The notes beneath the pieces are model-generated. The model was not told the DNA's origin. It did no database searches and was given only the letters and a program-made list of their open reading frames with translations. From NCBI GenBank assembly GCA_963753055.1, contig CAVWAP010000002.1:39902-103901 (forward strand): DNA of 64,000 nucleotides, in the 5' to 3' direction. The position numbers were made by a program, and so were the translations under genes. Origin of the DNA: an uncultured Bacteroidales bacterium (GTDB taxonomy: Bacteria > Bacteroidota > Bacteroidia > Bacteroidales > B18-G4). Each line of letters opens with the position of its first letter. Within the stretch, counting starts at the first letter, position 1. Below are positions 19,993 through 28,180 of the stretch, in pieces.

Positions 19993-20021
19993 CACCAGAT
20001 GATTTCTGTCAATATTGATGA

Positions 20022-20103
20022 TTTGCCTTGACATTTTTGTGTTTTATGCCGATATTTGCCTTGATAATTTGAAATTATCTGGCATTGTTTGCCCTGATAT
20101 TTT
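20022..20103 (+). promoter_or_regulatory. Three 16-nt direct repeats (TTTGCCYTGAYAWTTT) at exact 33-bp spacing upstream of the ATPase gene
   Basis: The copies are 20022-20037 tttgccttgacatttt, 20055-20070 tttgccttgataattt and 20088-20103 tttgccctgatatttt. The last ends 22 nt before ATG 20126, just before the aggaggtggg purine-rich tract. Confidence 0.6.
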
Positions 20104-20125
20104 GCAGAAAGGAGGTGGGATATTT

Positions 20126-21433
20126 ATGAAAAGAAGCATTGATCAGGAATTTAGGTGGTGGAAAACAGATCCTAACAGGAAAACATTATTGGTAAGGGGG
20201 GCCAGGCAGGTTGGAAAAACCTATTCTGTCCGGGAGCTTGCAAAAGGATTTGATCATTTCCTGGAGGTTAACTTTGAATCTGACCAGGAGGTTCACCATA
20301 TTTTTGATAAGGAAATGGATCCCGATGTTTTATGCAGGAACCTGTCGGCTTATTATAATGTTCCTGTAATTGACGGTAAAACACTTGTGTTCTTTGATGA
20401 AATACAGTCTTGCCCTCCGGCAATCTCTTCGTTGAGATTCTTTCATGAAAAGAAAAAAAACCTGCATATAATAGCGGCAGGGTCTTTACTTGAATTTGCT
20501 CTGGAAAAACTTCCCTCATTCGGTGTCGGGAGATTTGAGAATCTTTTCATGTACCCTTTTTCTTTTGATGAGTTCCTGTTAGCGCTGGGGGAAGAAAATC
20601 TCTATGATATCAAACATAAAAGCAGTTATAGTAAAATCCTAAACAATGCACTGCATGTAAAGCTGATTAATTATTTAAAACAGTTTTTACTGATAGGGGG
20701 CATGCCCGAGGTTGTTAAAACGTTTATTAGGACCAACGATTACTATCAGCCACAAACTGTTCTTGATCAGTTAATTACAGGCCTCCAGGACGATTTTATT
20801 AAATACAGGAAAAGGGTGCCGCAAAGCCGTATCAGAGAGGTATTTAATTCAATCGTTTATCAATCAGGGGGCAAATTCAATTATTCAAAAGCATCTGATT
20901 CTTCAAATCATTCTCAGACAAAAGAGGCACTTGACCTGCTTGAAATGGCCGGACTGGCTTATAAGGTTAAGCATACAGCTGCCAATGGAATCCCGCTGGG
21001 GGCTGAGGTAAACCCTAAAAAATTCAAGGTGATTTTATTTGATCATGGTATATTTCAGCGGATTCTTGGTCTTGACTTATCAAGATACCTGGTATCAGAT
21101 GATCTTAGTGTTATTAACAAAGGGAATCTGGCTGAGCAATTTGTTGCCATGGAGCTAATTAAGAATCAGCTACCCACCATAAAACCACAACTATATTATT
21201 GGCATCGTGAAAAGAGAGGAAGTTCTGCTGAAGTTGATTATATCATACAAAAGGACAAGGACCTGGTACCTCTGGAGGTTAAGTCCGGAACCCAGGGAAA
21301 GATGCAAAGCCTCCGGTTATTCCTGCGGGAAAAGAAAATTAACTACGGCATCCGGATTTCCATGGAGAACTTTGATCGATACCAAAATATAAAGGTGTTT
21401 CCTCTTTATGCAGTACAGAATATTCTTGACTGA
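20126..21433 (+). CDS. AAA+ ATPase, AAA_14 + DUF4143 architecture (COG1373-like)
   Basis: Start at ATG 20126 (MKRSIDQEF..). Walker A is GARQVGKT and Walker B is LVFFDEIQ. The C-terminal DUF4143-like region ends in AEVDYII....LVPLEVKSG, which looks like a PD-(D/E)xK-type motif. Confidence 0.8.
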   Translation: MKRSIDQEFRWWKTDPNRKTLLVRGARQVGKTYSVRELAKGFDHFLEVNFESDQEVHHIFDKEMDPDVLCRNLSAYYNVPVIDGKTLVFFDEIQSCPPAISSLRFFHEKKKNLHIIAAGSLLEFALEKLPSFGVGRFENLFMYPFSFDEFLLALGEENLYDIKHKSSYSKILNNALHVKLINYLKQFLLIGGMPEVVKTFIRTNDYYQPQTVLDQLITGLQDDFIKYRKRVPQSRIREVFNSIVYQSGGKFNYSKASDSSNHSQTKEALDLLEMAGLAYKVKHTAANGIPLGAEVNPKKFKVILFDHGIFQRILGLDLSRYLVSDDLSVINKGNLAEQFVAMELIKNQLPTIKPQLYYWHREKRGSSAEVDYIIQKDKDLVPLEVKSGTQGKMQSLRLFLREKKINYGIRISMENFDRYQNIKVFPLYAVQNILD

Positions 21434-21506
21434 CAGGGCTAAGGGCAAAGGGCGAAGAGCTAAGGGTGAAGAAACGCTTAGCGCTCTGCTCTTAGCTCTT
21501 TGCCAA

Positions 21507-21548
21507 ATGTGCCTCTATGATACCAGATGCCGGATGCCAGATACCAGA
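21507..21548. repeat. W-family repeat, copy 3; exact 42-bp direct repeat with 19951-19992
   Basis: See the 19951 entry. It is preceded (21437-21505) by an imperfect hairpin of GCTAAGGG/GAAGAGC words. Confidence 0.95.
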
Positions 21549-21689
21549 TTCATTAGGGAAAGTACCGATAACATCCATGATTTTTAAAATATGCGTACCC
21601 ATTGACTTTAGGTGTGTATTTCTGTAAATTTGGGTATCTCCAACTATTGTTACAGATCATGTTATTTTATAAACCCAAAACAAATAATT

Positions 21690-23198
21690 ATGAAAAAAAA
21701 TATTTTCTCAAATCATTTTACTGTTATCGTAATAATTATAATTCTGCAGATTATTTCGGGTTGCCAAAAAACAGATAATGATAACGATAATGTTATTGAT
21801 CCCCCAGAAATCGAGGGTTCCGAAAACCTTGGATCTGGTTATGATGTATTCGACAATTACGCCGAAGTATCACGTGTAAAGGCTGCCATTCTGGATGTAG
21901 ATAAGTTGAATAAAAATGGACTCATTGAAAAGAAAACAGTGGAAAACAGCATCTTTACTACCTCAAGCGGAGAAAGTATATCTGAATACAGCAACTCTCT
22001 TAAGGTATCAGCAAGCCTGGAAGGGAATTACATGTTTTTCAGCGGTGCTGTGGAAACAAATTTTCATGAAGACCGGTATCTTTATGAGTCCTATTCATTT
22101 GCTACGGTAAAAAGCAATATCCATAAAACCCAGCTTCGCCTGCCGATCGATATGTCGGCAGATGAACTGAAACCCTATCTTACTGAGACAGCCAAAAATA
22201 AGCTTAACGATCCTGCGGTGTCACCAGAGTATATTTTCGATATTTATGGCACGCACTGCCTGACCGGGGTAATGCTTGGGGGGCGGCTTGATTACAGTGT
22301 TTCTGCAAGAACCAGCGACCTGACCGTAGGGAAGAGTATCGAGGTATATGCAGAGGCCAGCTTTTCAAGTGGAGGTGTTTCTGTTACCGGCAGTAGTGGA
22401 ACAGTGACCAGCGAGGAATACTCCAAATACCTGAATAGCCAGAAAAAGATCGTGAAAACCTATGGTGGACAGAGTGAGTTTGGACAGGACATAATTAATG
22501 AGGATGATTATGACGCATGGATAAATAGCATTGATGAAAATACGGTATTTTGTGACTATACACAGCACGGTCTTGTCCCTGTATGGGAGTTTGTTGATGA
22601 ACAGTCACGTATAAATGAGCTGATAGCAGCTTTCGATGTATGGGCCAGCGATAATGAAATTACTACAAATCCAGCGCCTCAATTATGTATTCTTGATGTA
22701 AAGGTGTTTTTTGGTAACCCGGCTGATCCATTGTTAATTGACGACAGGGAATATCATCGTTTGAATGCTGACCTGAATGCCTCGGTTGGTGGATCGTTTA
22801 TATGGATTTATTATTTATTGGGGTATACTAACGATGAAACCTTTACACCTATAGCTGAAATATGCACCATAGATGCATCAGACGGGGAGTCTTTGAACAA
22901 TCTTCCTGGTGAAGGCTGGGTGCAGTTGCCGGAAGACCTTAATAAAGGCGCTGGAGGTGATTTAATTTACATCGCCTACCGGAGATCTGCAGGTCCTTCT
23001 GATGATTTGCTTACCGGGCTGCGGGTTGAGCATTCAGCCAAAGCAGATAACTATTATTCGAATTATACCGATGGAACAAATCACTGGTATGCCGTCATGC
23101 AAGGTTATAACGGTATATACAAACAAGACCTGAATGAAGGTTCGGGAGGATGGTTTATCTTCTTATATTATACGAACGATGAACTGATTGTTGAATAA
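21690..23198 (+). CDS. MACPF-domain lipoprotein with C-terminal threefold beta-prism (MABP-like) domain
   Basis: Start at ATG 21690 with a lipobox (LQIISGC). The MACPF signature Y-G-T-H-C-x6-G-G (IYGTHCLTGVMLGGRL) is at nt 22245-22283. The C-terminal ~170 aa hold three repeats of the form DLN..(A/V/S)GG..I(W/Y/F)(I/L)(Y/A)Y. Confidence 0.75.
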   Translation: MKKNIFSNHFTVIVIIIILQIISGCQKTDNDNDNVIDPPEIEGSENLGSGYDVFDNYAEVSRVKAAILDVDKLNKNGLIEKKTVENSIFTTSSGESISEYSNSLKVSASLEGNYMFFSGAVETNFHEDRYLYESYSFATVKSNIHKTQLRLPIDMSADELKPYLTETAKNKLNDPAVSPEYIFDIYGTHCLTGVMLGGRLDYSVSARTSDLTVGKSIEVYAEASFSSGGVSVTGSSGTVTSEEYSKYLNSQKKIVKTYGGQSEFGQDIINEDDYDAWINSIDENTVFCDYTQHGLVPVWEFVDEQSRINELIAAFDVWASDNEITTNPAPQLCILDVKVFFGNPADPLLIDDREYHRLNADLNASVGGSFIWIYYLLGYTNDETFTPIAEICTIDASDGESLNNLPGEGWVQLPEDLNKGAGGDLIYIAYRRSAGPSDDLLTGLRVEHSAKADNYYSNYTDGTNHWYAVMQGYNGIYKQDLNEGSGGWFIFLYYTNDELIVE

Positions 23199-23350
23199 AA
23201 ACCTTTGTTTCACATATCATATTGTGCCGGGATTATCAACATCAGGTCCCTGTTGGACCAGCCATGCACAGATCGCACCAGCAAGGTATCGTATACCAGA
23301 TATCGAATATCAGATCAAATATTGTAAATTGTAAACACAGAATTGTAAAT

Positions 23351-23383
23351 AAAAAAAGCCCAAGCATCGCTTGAGCTTTTTTT
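23351..23383. terminator. Bidirectional rho-independent terminator; the displaced original terminator of tRNA-Phe
   Basis: The structure is A7 - gcccaagc atc gcttgagc - T7, an 8-bp stem with one mismatch. Read on the minus strand it directly follows the 16-bp copy of the tRNA-Phe 3' end at 23381-23396. Confidence 0.7.
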
Positions 23384-23396
23384 GTGGTACCAGCTG
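23381..23396. repeat. attL-type direct repeat (TTTGTGGTACCAGCTG), a copy of the tRNA-Phe 3' end
   Basis: Exact 16-nt match to 33644-33659. The reverse complement CAGCTGGTACCA+CAAA equals tRNA positions 62-73 plus 4 nt. Confidence 0.9.
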
Positions 23397-23609
23397 TACC
23401 TCAACTAAACAAATCTCACCTAATTCCTGTTGTTAAGTATCATTAGAAAAAACACCTTAAACACTACGTTATTAAAGACATTACAGGTAACGTACATTAA
23501 TTTAGAAAAAGAGTAAATTAGGTTTAGTAAGGAAGAATAGTCCCCTTTACCGTCCCCCTTGGGTGCTTTTTGTCGTATATTTGTATATACAATCAACACC
23601 CCCATAACA

Positions 23610-24941
23610 ATGGCAACAATAAAGTTTGTTCTTAAAGAGCCCAACAGTGACAAAGAATCTCTTATCTATGCCCTTGTCCGCTTCGATAACAACAGGATTA
23701 AGTATTCAATTGGTCACTCCATCCATCCAAACTACTGGGATAAGGAAAACCAGGAGGCAATTACAAGGAGCTCACATGAGCAACTCATTAGGATGAGGCT
23801 TAAACTTTCAAATCCCACCAAAGAAACCAACAAGACTATTAATGTGCAGGTAGGTAGATACCGGGAGACTGTCACCAGGATATTTGACTCATTCACAATT
23901 CAAAGGGTTGAGCCTACTACCGAGGCAGTTCGTGAAGGGTTGGATATAGAATTTAAGAAACTCCCAAAGGCCAAAAGGGTAACCCTAAACGATTATATTG
24001 ATCAATTTATCGAAGACATTGAATCCGGGAACAGGCTCACCGAGAAAGGCGAAAAATACAAACACAGTTCAGTTAAGAACTACTATCAACTCAAGACCCA
24101 GTTAGGACTATTCCAAAAGGAGAAACACCGTGTGTTAGACTTTAAGGATGTCACAACAGACCTTTACGATGATCTACTCAAGTTCTTCAGGGAAAAGGAT
24201 TACTCTACCAACTCCATTGGCAGAGTGATCAAAACCCTTAAGGCTGTTATGAATGCATCCTACGAGGGGGGATTTCACAGCAACAACCAATATCAGCTAA
24301 AGAAATTCAAGGCAATTACTGAGAAGATCAAACCTATTTACCTCAGCCTGGAAGAGTTAGAGTGCATATATAACCTTGATCTTTCCGACAGCCCTGAACT
24401 TGCAACTGCAAGGGATATATTTCTTGTCGGTTGTTTTACTGCTTTAAGGTATTCGGATTACAGCCGAATTAAACCCCAACATATTCAAACAACACCCTCT
24501 GGTACAAAGGTGATCCGCATCATCACAAAAAAGACCGGAGAAGAGGTCATCATTCCCATGTGGCACTGGATCCTTGAGGAGCTGATAGACAAATACCCAG
24601 ATGGATTACCAAAGAGCTATGAGCAGAAGATCAACAAGAGGGTCAAAGACATTGGAGAAGAGGCAAAGATCAATGAACCCGTTAACAAGGTGGTGTATAA
24701 ACAAGGCACTAAATACGAAGTAACAACTCCTAAGCATAAACTAATAATGACTCATACCGCCAGAAGGTCGGGAGCCACCAACATGTATAAAGAGGGCATC
24801 CCAACAGTGGACATTATGAAGATCACCGGGCATAGCCTGGAGAGTAATTTCTTTAAATACATTCAGCTAACCAAGGAAGAGACAGCTGAAAGAATTACCC
24901 GGGATTACAAAATCAATAAACCACTCCAATTAGCGAAATAA
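23610..24941 (+). CDS. Tyrosine-type site-specific integrase (Bacteroidota phage-integrase family)
   Basis: Start at ATG 23610 (MATIKFVLKEP). It has an N-terminal Arm-DNA-binding-like and SAM-like domain. The catalytic residues read as ..TALRYSD.. (R), HTARRSGAT (H-x-x-R) and GHS...FFKYI (H..Y). Confidence 0.9.
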   Translation: MATIKFVLKEPNSDKESLIYALVRFDNNRIKYSIGHSIHPNYWDKENQEAITRSSHEQLIRMRLKLSNPTKETNKTINVQVGRYRETVTRIFDSFTIQRVEPTTEAVREGLDIEFKKLPKAKRVTLNDYIDQFIEDIESGNRLTEKGEKYKHSSVKNYYQLKTQLGLFQKEKHRVLDFKDVTTDLYDDLLKFFREKDYSTNSIGRVIKTLKAVMNASYEGGFHSNNQYQLKKFKAITEKIKPIYLSLEELECIYNLDLSDSPELATARDIFLVGCFTALRYSDYSRIKPQHIQTTPSGTKVIRIITKKTGEEVIIPMWHWILEELIDKYPDGLPKSYEQKINKRVKDIGEEAKINEPVNKVVYKQGTKYEVTTPKHKLIMTHTARRSGATNMYKEGIPTVDIMKITGHSLESNFFKYIQLTKEETAERITRDYKINKPLQLAK

Positions 24942-25026
24942 ATAAAATCTTGTTGTTATAGTCATTGTTTTATTTTCATTAAAGCCCTAATTTCATATTT
25001 TTATTTTCATCCAACTCGATAGGGAA

Positions 25027-25767
25027 ATGAATATTGGCAAGAAAAAGAGACTCTTCTTTTTAAAGTTGAGAGAAATTGAAGACGATTTAAGTAATTGTAA
25101 GTTGCACAATGAGAAGGATATATTAAATAAGATACGAGCGGCCCATGAATTTACGTATTTATTGTTTGAGGAACTTGAAAAACCCATTATGGCAGGGGAA
25201 AAAGGGATACTGTTAGTAAAAAAACATTATAATGAAGTTGCCAAAATCCTCAAACACAAAATTGAAATATTTGAATTAAACGTTAAAGAGATATATCAAA
25301 ATGTTGAACAGCATCCTTTAGATGATGAAATCTACAAAGAGTTTAATCTGAATAAGGAATACATGGAAATGTTAGGAAGCCTCAAGTTCAATTGTAATAA
25401 ATTTATCTTAGACATATTTCCGGAAACACAAAAAACGAAATCCCAAGACATAAGTCTTGACAAGATGTTTAGTGACGAAACAAAACTATCCGAGATTATT
25501 AATAAATTAAAAGAAAGAAATTATATCAGGGTGAATGACGCAGGAAATTATATATGGCATGGTAATCCCATTAATCAAAAAGGAAAGAAATTACAATTGG
25601 TTGCCCTTTCACTTGAACTTGATAAATACCTTAATAGTGAATACTCTGATAGAGAAATCCACAAAGCGTATATTAAGTATTTTAATTGCAAAATTTCGGA
25701 TACAATGTTTAAGGATTCCCAATCCGGTCTTGCTGAAAAATACCGATCTTATTTCAACTTCATTTAG
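25027..25767 (+). CDS. Hypothetical protein (246 aa, AT-rich, no recognised domain)
   Basis: A long ORF in the same orientation as int and xis-like genes. It is helical and K/E-rich. Calling it coding rests only on ORF length and position. Confidence 0.5.
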   Translation: MNIGKKKRLFFLKLREIEDDLSNCKLHNEKDILNKIRAAHEFTYLLFEELEKPIMAGEKGILLVKKHYNEVAKILKHKIEIFELNVKEIYQNVEQHPLDDEIYKEFNLNKEYMEMLGSLKFNCNKFILDIFPETQKTKSQDISLDKMFSDETKLSEIINKLKERNYIRVNDAGNYIWHGNPINQKGKKLQLVALSLELDKYLNSEYSDREIHKAYIKYFNCKISDTMFKDSQSGLAEKYRSYFNFI

Positions 25768-25857
25768 TCTATTGTTACCAAACTTACCAATGTTATTCTG
25801 GTAATTTAATCAGGCAATTTGCGATGTATTTTGCGGTCAAATAAAAATTATTTGACT

Positions 25858-26151
25858 ATGCAGACACTACAAATTCAAAACCTCTCCGTTGATGAGCTAA
25901 AAGTGATTATTGAAGACACCATCGAGAATAAGGTGTCAAGCCTCATCCCCAAACCTCAGCCCCAAGTAAAGTACCTAACCCGTCAGGAAACAGCGGATCA
26001 CCTCCGTATTTCCCTGGTTACCCTCCATGATTGGACAAAGAAAGGAATCATCAAGGCCTACCGCATCAATTCCAGGGTAAGGTTCAAGAGTGATGAGGTA
26101 GAGAATGCCGTCAAGGAAATTCATTCCCTGAAATATCGGAGGGATAAATAA
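25858..26151 (+). CDS. Excisionase-like helix-turn-helix DNA-binding protein (HTH_17/MerR-superfamily type)
   Basis: Start at ATG 25858. The motif YLTRQETADHLRISLVTLHDWTKKGIIKAYRINSRVRFKSDEV is typical of Bacteroidota Xis/AlpA-like HTH proteins. Confidence 0.75.
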   Translation: MQTLQIQNLSVDELKVIIEDTIENKVSSLIPKPQPQVKYLTRQETADHLRISLVTLHDWTKKGIIKAYRINSRVRFKSDEVENAVKEIHSLKYRRDK

Positions 26152-26474
26152 TGGAAAACATTCAAACCCTTCCCGGTATTATACACAAAAACGGTTTTAG
26201 GTATACTCAGATATGGCGTGGTAAGACTTCGTGCATTTACGAGCAAATGGTTTGGGAACCAGATACAATTTACTATGAGGTGTTCTTAATCAAAGTCAAA
26301 CCCGCTCAAACCTTATTTGGTAGAGAAATCCCCCCAAGGGAAAGATTCCCCCATAATGAAGCCTTTGGCTACTGGGCATGGACGTACCACAACCTCCGGG
26401 ATGCTAAGAGAAAATTCAATGAACTTGAAAAATCAATGACTTATGAGAACAAGATTTATTCCAGAGAATCTTAA
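26151..26474 (+). CDS. Hypothetical protein (107 aa)
   Basis: Its start codon overlaps the upstream stop codon (TAATG at 26149-26153) and its 3' end overlaps the next ORF by 32 nt, so it appears translationally coupled within the operon. Confidence 0.5.
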   Translation: MENIQTLPGIIHKNGFRYTQIWRGKTSCIYEQMVWEPDTIYYEVFLIKVKPAQTLFGREIPPRERFPHNEAFGYWAWTYHNLRDAKRKFNELEKSMTYENKIYSRES

Positions 26475-27813
26475 TGTAGAACAGCTAACGGTTGACCATC
26501 CCACTGACAACATCAAGTGGTTTAAAAAGTCAAAACTCATTCATATCATCAGTCTGTTTACCGAAATTCCAGCTCGAAACAAAACAGTTCGCAATAACTT
26601 TCAGAACAATGGATACGTCCCACTAAACTCTGAGAAACTTCGCCAGGACGGCATTCATAATTATAATGAATACCTCAACTATTTGATGGAATGCGGGGTT
26701 ATAGAAACCGATAATCAATTCATAGTTGGTCAGAAATCACGCGGCTATAGATTAACCAAGCTTTATCATACCCCTGTGAAAGAAGCCAAAGAAACAGGGA
26801 TTAAAAGAGTTAATCTGCATCGGTATCTCAGGGAAATCAAGTCCCGCAAAAAATACCACTATCTGAGTAAATATTTCGATGATGGGATGCTCACAATCGA
26901 CTTTGATCAATCAATAGATTTCATAGGTGATAAATTGAAAAAGTCGACTAAAGAGAACATGGCACATAAAATTATGAAACATAACACCGGGTTTTACTGC
27001 ATTTCTATGATACATCATAAGGACTACTTTTTCTTTGCTGACGAAACGGGGCACCGTGTCCACACCAACCTGACAATACTCCCAAAGGAGCTGAGACAGT
27101 TTATTACCTACGATAGCCAGTCTTTATCAGCAGTAGACATCAAAAACTCTCAGCCATATTTTAGCACCATCTTGTTTCAGCCTAAGTTTTATGAAAAATC
27201 GAGCCCGTTTAATATTTATGATATTATCCCTGTCAATTCTCCTTGTAAGAAAGTAAAACCAATAACTCAATCTATCCTGAGACAAGCCACCCCTACCATT
27301 ACTTTGTTAATATCGCTTGGGGCGGCTGAGAAACAGGAGGTTGGGGGGTATGTTTCTACCGTGGCAAATGGACTACTGTATGAACGATACCAGGTGACCT
27401 ATAACGAAAGTTACAATACACAAATTACACGTGAACAGGCGAAGAAAAAACTATTCCTTGTGATTTATTCTGCCGAAGGGTGTTATAGAAAGGAAAAAAA
27501 GGTTTTCAGCAGTCTCTTTCCAACCGTGAGCAAAATATTTTCAATCTTCAAGGAGCGGTATCATGAATGCCTTGCAGTATTGTTGCAACGGATTGAAGCA
27601 TATATTATACTTGACAAGGCCTGCAGAAGTATTTCATCGGAATATCCCCAGATCCCCCTTTTTACAATTCATGACAGTATTGTTACCCTCACCGGTTATG
27701 AGCAAAAGATTAAACCCATAGTAGAAGCAGAATTATTAAAGCATATTGGGATCCAACCCACTATCAATTATGAATATTGGTCAAACTTATCACATAAAAA
27801 CAATGATAAATAA
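26443..27813 (+). CDS. Stand-alone family-A (PolA-type) polymerase-like protein with N-terminal wHTH-like region
   Basis: 456 aa. Pre-motif A reads ETGHRVHTNLTILP (compare TGRLSS.DPNLQNIP). Motif A is SAVD(232)IKNSQPYF, compare DYSQIELR. The O-helix motif B is R330-EQA-K334-KKL-F338-LVI-Y342-S, with the exact R-x3-K-x3-F-x3-Y spacing. Motif C is LFTIH(410)D(411)SIVT. No exonuclease domains are visible. Confidence 0.6.
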   Translation: MRTRFIPENLNVEQLTVDHPTDNIKWFKKSKLIHIISLFTEIPARNKTVRNNFQNNGYVPLNSEKLRQDGIHNYNEYLNYLMECGVIETDNQFIVGQKSRGYRLTKLYHTPVKEAKETGIKRVNLHRYLREIKSRKKYHYLSKYFDDGMLTIDFDQSIDFIGDKLKKSTKENMAHKIMKHNTGFYCISMIHHKDYFFFADETGHRVHTNLTILPKELRQFITYDSQSLSAVDIKNSQPYFSTILFQPKFYEKSSPFNIYDIIPVNSPCKKVKPITQSILRQATPTITLLISLGAAEKQEVGGYVSTVANGLLYERYQVTYNESYNTQITREQAKKKLFLVIYSAEGCYRKEKKVFSSLFPTVSKIFSIFKERYHECLAVLLQRIEAYIILDKACRSISSEYPQIPLFTIHDSIVTLTGYEQKIKPIVEAELLKHIGIQPTINYEYWSNLSHKNNDK

Positions 27814-28180
27814 TAACGGGATACTTTGCATGAATGACAAGAAGGAATTGTTGATTAACTATCACTTGTCCAATGACTTTATTATCGAAAAATTCATTGA
27901 TATGAAAACTCAAATGAAGAATATTACCATTAATGATTTTAATGTTTGGGACATTATCTAAAAGCCCATCAACCATACACCTGATTTTGGCAAAAATGAG
28001 CCCAGTGGTATCTTACATTACCCAGCTTGGGTTCGTGCCTAATTTTCCGAATGGTTCCGCTGAAAATGGAAAATTGATAAGTTGATGTGATTAAGATTGG
28101 GGTACCCCCAGGAAATTCATCCCGAGAGGGGTGCTGGATGGCCGCCACATATTTTTTTGCCCTACTGAAACGTATACACA

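Noticed and set aside
19828-20125. ORF 19828..20034 (minus) and the 37-residue N-terminal extension of the ATPase ORF (20015..20125)
   Set aside because: Both are translations of repeat DNA: the W-family words and the three 33-bp-phased 16-mers giving ICLDI/ICLDN/VCPDI. The ATPase start at 20126 follows a purine-rich tract.
20126-23198. DUF4143 ATPase plus MACPF protein as a two-gene sensor/pore-forming abortive-infection system
   Set aside because: The MACPF protein has a lipoprotein export signal, so it acts outside the cytoplasm. The two genes are separated by 256 nt containing a hairpin and the W repeat, and so look independently transcribed. The idea is kept only as a remote possibility.
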